64,000 nt of DNA, from positions 17,573 through 81,572 of the forward strand of contig CAZEOQ010000006.1 of the NCBI GenBank assembly GCA_964513995.1. Direction: 5' to 3'. Position numbers and translations under genes: made by a program. The notes beneath the pieces are model-generated. The model was not told where the DNA came from. It did not search any database and saw nothing but the letters and a program-made list of their open reading frames with translations. Numbering within the stretch: position 1 is the first letter of the stretch; each line of letters opens with the position of its first letter. This DNA comes from an uncultured Desulfobacterales bacterium. GTDB taxonomy: Bacteria > Desulfobacterota > DSM-4660 > Desulfatiglandales > JALVZP01. Positions 19,265 through 28,463 of the stretch are shown piece after piece.

Positions 19265-20850
19265 GGATCTTCTTGATTCTCATCCTTCTTTCATCATGCT
19301 GTCTTGCTTCTCCTATAATAATCCTTGAGTCAAAAGACATAAATTTAAGTCTTTTTTATTCAGGAAAAACAATACATAAGATAGAAAGACCAAAACCAGT
19401 CATACTTTTTGACCAAGAGAAGCTTCCATCAACATACAGGACACCTTATTTTGAAAGAGAACACTTCAGGTATCTAAAAATAATAAGACCATACAACAGA
19501 GCATCATTTCCCATAAATATTGCTCCTCCAGAAATCATATGGGATGACAATATAGACAATGCCTGGCTTATAAGGATAACAATACCAGGACATGAAGATT
19601 CTCCTATAATTGTGGTTACTGAAAGAAAAAGCTGGAGACCTCCTAAGGAACTATGGGAGAAGATAAAAAAGTGGGGAAAAGGAAAGTATTCTTTATTGGA
19701 GATAAGAGGATGTCTTCAGAAGGATGGAAAAAGACTGAGTGAATTTGTATATGTTGACAGAATAAAATTCAGGATTTCTCCATATCCACTTGACAGAATA
19801 ATCGTATACAGACTCGTTTCTCCTCTTTTTCATCCACAAAAGACACCAAATGTATATTACAGACATGTTGACTCATTTATTACAAGACTTTTTGTTGAAG
19901 GAAAAGAAATATATTGCACAAACTGCCACTTCTTTCCAAAAAGACCAGACATAAAGCCAGAAGAGCAGATAGTTGCAATTGCTGTAAGAGATCAGCTTCC
20001 ATCAAGAAAGCTTCTTGGAAAAGCAAAAAGGATACTTGGCATATATAAGTTTTCTGAGAAAAGGGGGAAGACATTTGCTATTAATTCTTTCTTTATGTCA
20101 TGGGCGCCTGATGGAAAAAAGATCGCTGTTACAGTAGGAAGGACAGTAAGCATAAGACCATGTATTACTCTTGAAACACAGCAGTTCTTTGTTCTTGGAT
20201 CAGATATATATATCGTTGATGTAGAAAACAACAGGATCTTTCCACTAAAAGGAGCATCTGATCCTCTTTATATGGAAAACTTCCCTACATGGTCTCCTGA
20301 TGGAAAATACATAATATTTGCAAGGGCAAAAGAGCCAGAAAAAGGAGCACTTGAAGATGTAAGGTTTAATCTTTATAGAATTCCATATAACGGTGGAAAA
20401 GGAGGAAAGGCTATTCCCATAAAAGGTGCTTCCTTTAATGGAAAAAGCAATTATGCACCGAGATATTCTCCAGATGGAAGATGGGTAGTATTTAATCAAG
20501 CAGAATCTGCATCACTTGTAGAACCAACTTCTGATCTATACATAATGCCAGCTGATCTTTCATCTCCTCCAAGAAGACTTGAATGCAATGTAGACTATGC
20601 AATGGACAGCTGGCACAGCTGGTCACTTAATAGCAGATGGCTTCTTTTTGCAACAAAAAGAGATGATGGGATATTTGCAAGGATATATCTTACAGAGATA
20701 GACGATCATGGACATGCATCTCCTCCTGTAAAGCTTCCTATTGAAAGTGAACCAATGATGTGTTTTAATGTGCCAGAATTTCTGAAATATGACAAAGAGA
20801 TAGATCATAAAAGTCTGCTTAAAGAGATAACAAAGAATCCACTGTATTGA
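19261..20850 (+). CDS. lipoprotein with one CxxCH motif and a TolB-like PD40 beta-propeller
   Basis: Lipobox LLSSC; CTNCH encoded at 19915-19929; PD40 repeats WAPDGKKIAV, WSPDGKYIIF, YSPDGRWVVF. TTG start overlaps the upstream stop. Confidence 0.6.
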   Translation: MRIFLILILLSSCCLASPIIILESKDINLSLFYSGKTIHKIERPKPVILFDQEKLPSTYRTPYFEREHFRYLKIIRPYNRASFPINIAPPEIIWDDNIDNAWLIRITIPGHEDSPIIVVTERKSWRPPKELWEKIKKWGKGKYSLLEIRGCLQKDGKRLSEFVYVDRIKFRISPYPLDRIIVYRLVSPLFHPQKTPNVYYRHVDSFITRLFVEGKEIYCTNCHFFPKRPDIKPEEQIVAIAVRDQLPSRKLLGKAKRILGIYKFSEKRGKTFAINSFFMSWAPDGKKIAVTVGRTVSIRPCITLETQQFFVLGSDIYIVDVENNRIFPLKGASDPLYMENFPTWSPDGKYIIFARAKEPEKGALEDVRFNLYRIPYNGGKGGKAIPIKGASFNGKSNYAPRYSPDGRWVVFNQAESASLVEPTSDLYIMPADLSSPPRRLECNVDYAMDSWHSWSLNSRWLLFATKRDDGIFARIYLTEIDDHGHASPPVKLPIESEPMMCFNVPEFLKYDKEIDHKSLLKEITKNPLY

Positions 20851-20861
20851 GCCTTTTTCCT

Positions 20862-22421
20862 ATGACTATTTTTTTGATCCTTGCCCTTAACATGCTGATC
20901 TTTTCTGTTTCAGAAGCAGGCTTTTATGGAAGACCTAAAAGGGTTCTTAAAGGAAATATGGTGGAGGTCTATAATGTCCTTCCAGAAAAGGCAGAAAGTC
21001 CTTTGGAAATATTAAAAAAAGGTGTATGGTATGGAAGGTTAAGGCTGAATTATTTTAAATGGATATGGAATGAAGGAAGATACTGGAAAAATGGAAAGTG
21101 GAGGGACAGGATAGATCCACAAGGATTTGGTTTTGGTGGAAGCATTATATATAAGACTGCAACATTTTACGGATTCAGTGGAACTGTAGGATTTTATGGA
21201 TGTCATGATCTCGGTCTTCTTGATGAGGATGATGTAGTCTTTGGAAAAAGCGGAAAGGATACATTTTCAAGATATCAGGTAATGGAACATGGAGATTGGG
21301 GAATGGCTGTATTTGCTCAGGTTTATCTTGAATACAGGTTCAGAAAATCAGATCTAAGGATAGGAAGAATGATTGTAGAATGTCCATTTGTAAGATCAAA
21401 CGATACGAAGATGATACCAAATACAATGCAGGGAATCCATTTTTTTACAAAAGAGATTTCAGGGACCACAATTAACATCATGTATTTTAACAGACAGAAG
21501 CTAAGAGATCATACAAGATTTCATGATGTTATCACATACAAGTCAAAAGGCGTATCACCCTGGAGAAAATGGAACAATCAGGATGACAGTGCAGTTCATA
21601 AAGGACTAAGCTATGATAACTTTGACCTCTATGGACTTCATTCAAGAAACAGACTTTTCATCATAGGAATAACAAACAGAAGCATAAGACAGCTAAAACT
21701 TGACTTCTGGAATGCATGGGTCCCTGATCTCTTTGATACATTCCTTGGAGAAGCAAATTATACGATTCCACTTCGCTGTGGATGGAAGCTTATTCCTGGA
21801 TTCAGATTCATGCATCAGTTTGATGACAAGGCAGGAGAAATAGGAGGAGCAGCTATTTCAGGAATATTTGGCCTTGAAAGAGACATAAAGGAGAATACTC
21901 GTCAGAAAGGACTTGGATATAAAGATCCTGAAAGTGTTGATTCAACTCTTTATGGATTCAGGATAAGACTTAAAAATAATGAAATGATGTTTCATTTTGG
22001 ATTCACATATGTTACAGATGATGCAGACTTTATTTCTCCATGGAGAGGATTTCCAACACAGGGATATACACGTCCTATGGGACAGTATAACTGGATTGCA
22101 GGGACAAAAAGTTATATGATAAAATGGAAAATGGATTGGGACAGAGCTCATCTTATAAAAGGACTAAAGACTTCTTTTGACTTTACATACATAGATTATG
22201 ATGATAAAAAAGAAGAGCTTGGTTCAATAAACAAAACAGACAGATACTGTATTCATCTTGATGCATGGTGGATACCACCTGTAAAGATACCAGAAGATCA
22301 CTGGTTACAGTTCAGGTTCAGGATAGGGTATGTGAAGGCTGATCACAGAAGATATGCTCAGGCAAATGGAGAAGATCCGTCTTATACAGATATAAGATTT
22401 GAGATAAATTATCTTTTTTAA
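20862..22421 (+). CDS. OprD-family-like outer membrane porin
   Basis: Signal peptide MTIFLILALNMLIFSVSEA; LRIGRMIVECPFVRSNDTKMIPNTMQG resembles the OprD family; terminal ...FEINYLF ends in an aromatic residue. Alternative TTG start at 20847. Confidence 0.6.
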   Translation: MTIFLILALNMLIFSVSEAGFYGRPKRVLKGNMVEVYNVLPEKAESPLEILKKGVWYGRLRLNYFKWIWNEGRYWKNGKWRDRIDPQGFGFGGSIIYKTATFYGFSGTVGFYGCHDLGLLDEDDVVFGKSGKDTFSRYQVMEHGDWGMAVFAQVYLEYRFRKSDLRIGRMIVECPFVRSNDTKMIPNTMQGIHFFTKEISGTTINIMYFNRQKLRDHTRFHDVITYKSKGVSPWRKWNNQDDSAVHKGLSYDNFDLYGLHSRNRLFIIGITNRSIRQLKLDFWNAWVPDLFDTFLGEANYTIPLRCGWKLIPGFRFMHQFDDKAGEIGGAAISGIFGLERDIKENTRQKGLGYKDPESVDSTLYGFRIRLKNNEMMFHFGFTYVTDDADFISPWRGFPTQGYTRPMGQYNWIAGTKSYMIKWKMDWDRAHLIKGLKTSFDFTYIDYDDKKEELGSINKTDRYCIHLDAWWIPPVKIPEDHWLQFRFRIGYVKADHRRYAQANGEDPSYTDIRFEINYLF

Positions 22422-22422
22422 G

Positions 22423-23667
22423 ATGAAGGATTTTGAAAAGGCTCTTTCCTTAGGAAGACCTCCAAACATAAAAAAACTTTTTCCAGATTCAAAAGCGCTT
22501 ATCGTAAGTGGAAAGCTCATAGACAGAGCTCTTCTTAAAAAAGGAAAATCTATGACAATTGCTGCAAATGCAAGAAACAGACTTATTATAAGAGGAGTCT
22601 TAAAAGCAGCTCAAAGGGCAAATGCTTGTATAATAATAGAGATTGCAAAGTCTGAAACTAAATACTGTGCTATAAACTTCTTTAATCTTGCAAAGATCGT
22701 TGATTCCTATATGAATGAGCTTGGAATAACTGTTCCTGTTGCAATTCATGCAGATCACTATAAGGTTAGAAACAGAAAAGAGATAGAAGAGGCAAAAAAA
22801 GAGATACCTCTTCTTTTTGATGCAGGAATAACTTCCATTGCAATAGATGCATCAAGCATGAAGGATGATGAGAATCTTCTTACAAATATAGAACTAAGCA
22901 GATATATTCCAAGCTGGGCAGGATATGAAACAGAAGTAGGAGAGATAAAAGGAAAAGAAGGTCTTTCTACTCCAGAAGAAGCACTTTTCCTTATCAGAGG
23001 ACTTAATGCACATGAGATATTTCCAGACTGGATAGCAATAAACAATGGAACAGTTCATGGAATAGAAAAGACAGGAAGAGGAATAGATGTTGAACTTACT
23101 GCAAAAATTCATTCAGCTCTTGAACCATATAAGGTATCAGGAGCACAGCACGGGACATCTGGAAACAGCTTTGAGCTTCTGAGAGAGCTTGCAGAAAGGA
23201 CAAGGACGACAAAGGCAAATGTGTCAACAGCACTTCAGATGATCTCGTGGGGAGTAAAGGTAAATGAATATGGAAATGCAATACTTGACAGTGACGGAAA
23301 TCCTGTAAAAGAGCCAGGGAAGGGTGTTTCAGAAGAGGTTTGGGAAGAAATGGTAAAGTATGCAAAAGAGCATGGGCTTAAAGGAGGAGATTATAAAAAA
23401 CTGAATCTTCCTTTTGAGGAAAAGATCCTGAATCAGCCAAGAAAGATAAAAGAAAGGATGGAGGAGGAAGTAGAAGAATTTGTTTACAGGCTTCTTGTAA
23501 ATGTATTTAATGCAGAAGATACGGCTCAGATAGCAATAGAAGAGCTTCTTAAAGCAGGATCTTATGATCTTGGTCCAAAGGCAAAAAGGATAGAAGATCC
23601 TTCTGAATGGACGCCTGAAAAGATAAGAGAAAAGGCAAAAAAACTAAGGGCATCTGCTATTTTTTAG
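22423..23667 (+). CDS. class II fructose/ketose-bisphosphate aldolase family protein
   Basis: Zn ligand contexts VAIHADH, NGTVHG and AQHGTSG fit class II aldolases. The gene starts 1 nt after the porin stop. Confidence 0.65.
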   Translation: MKDFEKALSLGRPPNIKKLFPDSKALIVSGKLIDRALLKKGKSMTIAANARNRLIIRGVLKAAQRANACIIIEIAKSETKYCAINFFNLAKIVDSYMNELGITVPVAIHADHYKVRNRKEIEEAKKEIPLLFDAGITSIAIDASSMKDDENLLTNIELSRYIPSWAGYETEVGEIKGKEGLSTPEEALFLIRGLNAHEIFPDWIAINNGTVHGIEKTGRGIDVELTAKIHSALEPYKVSGAQHGTSGNSFELLRELAERTRTTKANVSTALQMISWGVKVNEYGNAILDSDGNPVKEPGKGVSEEVWEEMVKYAKEHGLKGGDYKKLNLPFEEKILNQPRKIKERMEEEVEEFVYRLLVNVFNAEDTAQIAIEELLKAGSYDLGPKAKRIEDPSEWTPEKIREKAKKLRASAIF

Positions 23668-23676
23668 CAGATGCCC
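23648..23676. terminator. bidirectional terminator between convergent genes
   Basis: Perfect 12-bp stem GGGCATCTGCTA (23648-23659) / TAGCAGATGCCC (23665-23676) with a T5 loop. Flanks are A-rich on one side and T-rich on the other. Confidence 0.8.
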
Positions 23677-23683
23677 CTTAGTT

Positions 23684-25270
23684 TTATTCTTCCAAAATCT
23701 TTTCTGCTTCTTCTCTATAAGCTTCCATTACATATGGAATCCCTGAAATCTTTGCTGCTTCCTCTGTTAAAGCCATCAAGTCATTGCGAGATATTGTTGA
23801 AATTTTAAAGTTTCTGCTACCTGCCATCAATTGCTGCAATCCTATTTTTATCTTCTGGGTGAATGTATACATAGCTATTGCACCTAATGGGATGTTTTTG
23901 ATTTCGTCTCCATACTTATTTTTTAATTCTTCATAGCAGATAAATATCTCTTCCACTTTATTTCCATATTTGGAAACAGTTTTGGGTAAATCACCTTTTT
24001 TCAGCCATTCTCCAATATTCTTTCCCACCATTCCTGGTATCATAAGTGCCCTTCCCATACATACTGCTTTTACATAAGGTGCTCCAAGGGCTATTGCCTT
24101 GAATACTCCGTCCTCACTTGAAAAACCTCCAGCAATAGCTATATCAGGAACTCTAAAACCTCTTTCTTCCAGTTTTCTGCAAAATTGATAAGCTAAGGAT
24201 TCAAGGTAAAATGTTGGAATTCCCCATTCATTCATCATAGGCCATGGGCTCATTCCTGTTCCTCCTGGTGCACCATCTATGGTAATCAGATCCAGCTTTG
24301 CTTCTGCTCCAAATCTAAGTGCCATTGCAAGATCAACAGCTGAATAAGCACCAGTCTTCAGTGTAATTCTTTTGAATCCAAGCTTTCTCAACCTTTCCAC
24401 TTCTTTCAAAAATGATTCCTTGCTTACAAAACCAAGCCTTGAATGCCTTTCAAATTCCTTAATACTTCCTTTTTCATAAGCTTTCCTGACTGCTGGATCC
24501 TCAGGATCAGGAACAACGATATATCCTCTTCTTTTAAGTTCAATTGCCCTTTCCACTGTGTTTACTTTTATCTCACCACCTATACTCTTTGCTCCCTGTC
24601 CCCACTTTAGTTCAATTGTTTCAAGATTGTGTTTACTTATGATATATTCAGGAACACCAAGTCTGGTGTCTTCAACATTTGCCTGAACAATAAGTTCTCC
24701 ATATCCTTCATAGAATCTTCTATATATCTCTATTCTGCGATCCATCTCTGGAGATTTCTTTACTTTTCCTTGTGAATCAAGTTCAAGTTCTGGATCCATT
24801 CCACATACATTCTCACCACATACAATCGTAATACCTGAAATAGCAGCACCTACGGCAAAATGTTCCCAGTTTCTGCGAGCTATCTCAGTAGAACCAAGTG
24901 CTCCTGTAAAAATAGGAATGCGCATCTTCACCTTTTTTTCCCATCCATATTCTGTTGTGGTATCAACATTCAGAAAGATAGCTTCATCAGGTCCCACATC
25001 ACCTTCCAATCCTTTTGCTCCCCTTGCATATCCCTGAATACTTAAGTGAGAATAATCCACAGGATAGTTTTTATCTGCTCCTGCTGTTATCATCCCAAAT
25101 CCCTGTGGATACAGGACTTCCCTTCCTCTAAAGGATGCCAACCATACCTCACATCCTCCTTTACATCCATCAACACACCTTGTGCAAAGCCCTGACACAG
25201 GAACAACATTCCTGGAGCGATTAAATGTGCCAGTTGCTTCATTAGCATTCGGTCTTCTTAGGTTTCCCAT
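23684..25270 (-). CDS. FMN-binding glutamate synthase family protein (GltB domain-2-like)
   Basis: N-terminal Cys cluster CTRCVDGCKGGCEVW; a TIM-barrel region with DLITIDGAPGGTGMSP and IAIAGGFSSEDGVFKAIALGA, typical of the GltB FMN domain. Confidence 0.75.
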   Translation of the reverse strand: MGNLRRPNANEATGTFNRSRNVVPVSGLCTRCVDGCKGGCEVWLASFRGREVLYPQGFGMITAGADKNYPVDYSHLSIQGYARGAKGLEGDVGPDEAIFLNVDTTTEYGWEKKVKMRIPIFTGALGSTEIARRNWEHFAVGAAISGITIVCGENVCGMDPELELDSQGKVKKSPEMDRRIEIYRRFYEGYGELIVQANVEDTRLGVPEYIISKHNLETIELKWGQGAKSIGGEIKVNTVERAIELKRRGYIVVPDPEDPAVRKAYEKGSIKEFERHSRLGFVSKESFLKEVERLRKLGFKRITLKTGAYSAVDLAMALRFGAEAKLDLITIDGAPGGTGMSPWPMMNEWGIPTFYLESLAYQFCRKLEERGFRVPDIAIAGGFSSEDGVFKAIALGAPYVKAVCMGRALMIPGMVGKNIGEWLKKGDLPKTVSKYGNKVEEIFICYEELKNKYGDEIKNIPLGAIAMYTFTQKIKIGLQQLMAGSRNFKISTISRNDLMALTEEAAKISGIPYVMEAYREEAEKILEE

Positions 25271-25391
25271 CTTCTCTTACCTCCTTTAAATATTTGCCAT
25301 TATCCACTTTGGAGTAATTTTTGAAAAAAAACCTTTCCCTGCTTATAATTACGAGCTCATACATAACCCTTATCTCTTTAGGCAAAAATTA

Positions 25392-25420
25392 ATTATATCT
25401 AAATTTTTCAGAAATGTCAA
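25392..25420 (-). promoter_or_regulatory. consensus sigma70 promoter for the GltB-like gene
   Basis: On the minus strand: TTGACA (25420-25415), a 17-nt spacer, TATAAT (25397-25392). This predicts a 5' UTR of roughly 115 nt. Confidence 0.6.
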
Positions 25421-25477
25421 GAAAATTTACCTGGGAAACAAAAAAAATCCATTGCCAGAAAGGGCATATCTTGATAG

Positions 25478-25483
25478 TATAAT
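25478..25483 (+). promoter_or_regulatory. -10 box (TATAAT) 8 nt upstream of the htpX-like ATG; possible leaderless transcript
   Basis: TATAAT at 25478-25483, ATG at 25492, no SD in between. No convincing -35 box. Confidence 0.35.
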
Positions 25484-25491
25484 CCTGAAAA

Positions 25492-26466
25492 ATGGTATTG
25501 GGAAAGATAGATCCAAAACTTGTTATAAAACACAAAGTCCTTAATTTTATCCATTCAGTCCTTCTTCTTCTTGGAATGATACTTCTTCTTTCTCTCTTAG
25601 GCTGGTCAATAGCAGGAAAGGAAGGGATAAAGTGGATGATGTTTTTTGGAATATTTATGTTTCTTTTTGCTCCAAAGGTTTCTCCAAGGCTCATCCTTTT
25701 TCTTTATGGAGCAAGACCCCTTCTTAGACACGAAGTTCCTTCATTGTTTTTTATACTGGAAAAGCTGAGTGAAAGGGCAGGATTGGAAAATGTTCCTGAG
25801 CTTTATTACATAAATACTCCTGTCATGAATGCATTTACTGTAGGAAAGAAGTCAGATGCTGTAATTTCTGTAACAGCTGGTCTTCTTGAAAACCTGTCAC
25901 TTAGGGAGATAACAGCAGTCCTTGCTCATGAAATAAGTCATATTCAAAATAATGACATCTGGATAATGAATCTTTCTGATGTCATAAGTCGTCTTACAGC
26001 TATCTTTTCCCTTACAGGTCAGTTCCTTCTCCTTTTAAACTTCCCTATGCTTCTTATTTCAGGACATAACATACCATGGCTCCCTATAATAATCCTTATA
26101 TCTGCACCTCTCTTAAACACACTTCTTCAGCTTGCACTTTCAAGAACAAGGGAATTTGATGCAGATCTTGGTGCAGCAATACTTACTGGAGATCCAGAAG
26201 GTCTTGCAATGGCTCTTGCAAAGATGGAAAGATATCAGAGCAGTCTTATTTCAAGGATATTCTTTCCAGGATATAAAGATCCTGTTCCTTCAATCTTAAG
26301 AACACATCCTAAGACAGAAGAAAGGATAAAAAGACTTATGTCTCTGATCAGAAAAGATTATCTCCTTTATGAGCCTATATACCACATGTATGAACTTTCT
26401 GTGCCAGATTATCTTATAAATATCCAGAGAAGACCAAAGTGGAGAATAGGTGGGATTTGGTATTGA
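25492..26466 (+). CDS. htpX: M48 family zinc metalloprotease (HtpX-like)
   Basis: HEISHIQNND (HExxH) between TM helices; a later EFDAD motif; four or more hydrophobic segments. Confidence 0.8.
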   Translation: MVLGKIDPKLVIKHKVLNFIHSVLLLLGMILLLSLLGWSIAGKEGIKWMMFFGIFMFLFAPKVSPRLILFLYGARPLLRHEVPSLFFILEKLSERAGLENVPELYYINTPVMNAFTVGKKSDAVISVTAGLLENLSLREITAVLAHEISHIQNNDIWIMNLSDVISRLTAIFSLTGQFLLLLNFPMLLISGHNIPWLPIIILISAPLLNTLLQLALSRTREFDADLGAAILTGDPEGLAMALAKMERYQSSLISRIFFPGYKDPVPSILRTHPKTEERIKRLMSLIRKDYLLYEPIYHMYELSVPDYLINIQRRPKWRIGGIWY

Positions 26467-27136
26467 AAAAAAAGAGATCTGGAAAGTATTTGACAAGATT
26501 TCTCCTTACTATGATCTCATAAACAGGATACTTTCTTTTGGATTGGACAGGATTTGGAGAAAAAATATGGGGCTATTTTTGCCTAAGAAAAGTAAGCTAT
26601 GCATCCTTGATATAGCAACTGGAACAGCAGATGTTATCCTTTCCTTAAGAAGTTTTTCTCTGGCAATAGGAATAGACAGGTCTGAAGGAATGCTGCACAG
26701 GGCAAGGAAAAAGACGAGATTTTATAAAAACATATTTTTTGTTAAGGCAGATGCACTTTTTCTTCCTTTTTTAGAAGAAAGCTTTGATGCTGTAACTGTA
26801 GCATTTGGCATAAGAAATGTTCAGGAACCTGTGATCCTTTTAAAGGAAGCCCATAGGGTCTTAAAAAAAGATGGAAGAATGATAATACTTGAATTTTCTA
26901 TTCCAGAAAGTTTTTTCATAAAACAGATCTTTCTTTTTTATCTGAGATATCTGCTTCCAGCAATAGGAACTCTCATCTCAAAAAACAGACATGCATACAG
27001 ATATCTGAGTAAGACAATAGAGGTGTTTCCTTATGGAGATGATTTTAAAAAAATTATGGAAGATTCAGGATTCAAAAATGTAAACTTTTATCCTCAAACA
27101 TTTGGTGTTTGCACGATATATGTTGGAGAAAAATAG
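26450..27136 (+). CDS. ubiE: demethylmenaquinone/ubiquinone methyltransferase (UbiE/MenG)
   Basis: VFDKISPYYDLINRILSFGLDRIWRK plus SAM motifs ILDIATGTAD and FGIRNV are classic UbiE/MenG features. GTG start. Confidence 0.85.
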   Translation: MGFGIEKKEIWKVFDKISPYYDLINRILSFGLDRIWRKNMGLFLPKKSKLCILDIATGTADVILSLRSFSLAIGIDRSEGMLHRARKKTRFYKNIFFVKADALFLPFLEESFDAVTVAFGIRNVQEPVILLKEAHRVLKKDGRMIILEFSIPESFFIKQIFLFYLRYLLPAIGTLISKNRHAYRYLSKTIEVFPYGDDFKKIMEDSGFKNVNFYPQTFGVCTIYVGEK

Positions 27137-28463
27137 ACTTAAGGATTTTTTCAGGAAAAGGATAATCTGTCTCGGAAAGGAAAGACAGGAGAAGATCATA
27201 AGGATAGAAGTAGAAACAGAGGAAATTGATCCTCTTTTGTGGCTCAAGGCTCAGAAGTTTGGAAAAAAGATATATTGGGCTGAAAGAGATTTTCATTTTT
27301 TATATGCAGGAATAGGAGAAAGTATTTTCAATGAAGGAGATTCCTCTGTTCTTTTTAAAAAAGCAGAAAGGTTTCTTAAGAAGGCTGTGGGAAAGATAAG
27401 ATTTTTTTGTGGAATCAGATTTCCTTGCAAAAAAAAAGAAAGTATATGGAATGTATTTGGAAATGGATTTATTATTCTTCCGAGTTTTGAACTCATAAAA
27501 AAAAATAAAAAGACATTTTTTGCCTGTAACATAATGACACCTATATTTGATCTGGAAAAGGTCTTGCAGGATTTAGAAAACATAGAATTTTCTGAATCAG
27601 AGACAAAGAAGTCTTCTGTAAGGTATACAGAAAGATCTGACATTCCAGAGAAAAGCCAATGGGAAGAAATCATAAAAGAAGTGATCTGGCTTATAAGGAA
27701 AAAGGAGATTGAAAAGATCGTTCTTGCAAGAAAGACAGAATTCAGGATAAAAGATAGATTTGATGCATTTGATTTTCTCAGAACTATAAGAGACAATTCT
27801 TTTAAATTCCTTATTCAACTTGATCCATCCGTTTGTTTTTTTGGAATAAGTCCTGAAAGGATATTTCTCAAGATAGGAAGATACATAGAAACAGAAGCAA
27901 TTGCTGGGACAAAGAGAAGAGGTATGACAGAAAAAGAAGACAGAGAACTTTATGATAGGCTTAAAGAAGACAAAAAAGAGCTAAAGGAACACAGACTTGT
28001 CAGTGATTTTTTAGAAAAAAGGATGAAAAAGATGTGTTCTTCTTTTAAGATCAGCAAAAAAGAGAATGTCATAAAGCTAAGCTTCATGCAACACCTCTAT
28101 ACCAAATTCTCAGGAATACTATCAGAAGATATCTCTGATCAAGACATCATCTTTCATTTATATCCAAATCCTGCAATTGCAGGATATCCTGTAGAAGATG
28201 CCTTGAGAAAAATAGAAAAGCTGGAGAGATTTGATAGAGGTTTTTATTCAGCTCCTTTTGGCTGGATCTCTCAAAGCTGTTCTGAATTTATTACTGCTAT
28301 AAGATCTTCTCTGGCAACTCCTGATTCTGTTTATCTTTTTGCTGGTGCAGGAATAGTAGAAAACTCAAAACCAGAATTAGAATGGGATGAACTGGAATAC
28401 AAGATTAAAAGCTTTGTTTGTTTTATGAAAAATGAGAGAGAACTTAAACATACTCTGGGCTGA
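27120..28463 (+). CDS. menF: isochorismate synthase
   Basis: Chorismate-binding motifs AIAGTKRRG, EHRLV, LYPNPAIAGYP and GAGIVENSKPELEWDE. Confidence 0.85.
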   Translation: MLEKNRLKDFFRKRIICLGKERQEKIIRIEVETEEIDPLLWLKAQKFGKKIYWAERDFHFLYAGIGESIFNEGDSSVLFKKAERFLKKAVGKIRFFCGIRFPCKKKESIWNVFGNGFIILPSFELIKKNKKTFFACNIMTPIFDLEKVLQDLENIEFSESETKKSSVRYTERSDIPEKSQWEEIIKEVIWLIRKKEIEKIVLARKTEFRIKDRFDAFDFLRTIRDNSFKFLIQLDPSVCFFGISPERIFLKIGRYIETEAIAGTKRRGMTEKEDRELYDRLKEDKKELKEHRLVSDFLEKRMKKMCSSFKISKKENVIKLSFMQHLYTKFSGILSEDISDQDIIFHLYPNPAIAGYPVEDALRKIEKLERFDRGFYSAPFGWISQSCSEFITAIRSSLATPDSVYLFAGAGIVENSKPELEWDELEYKIKSFVCFMKNERELKHTLG

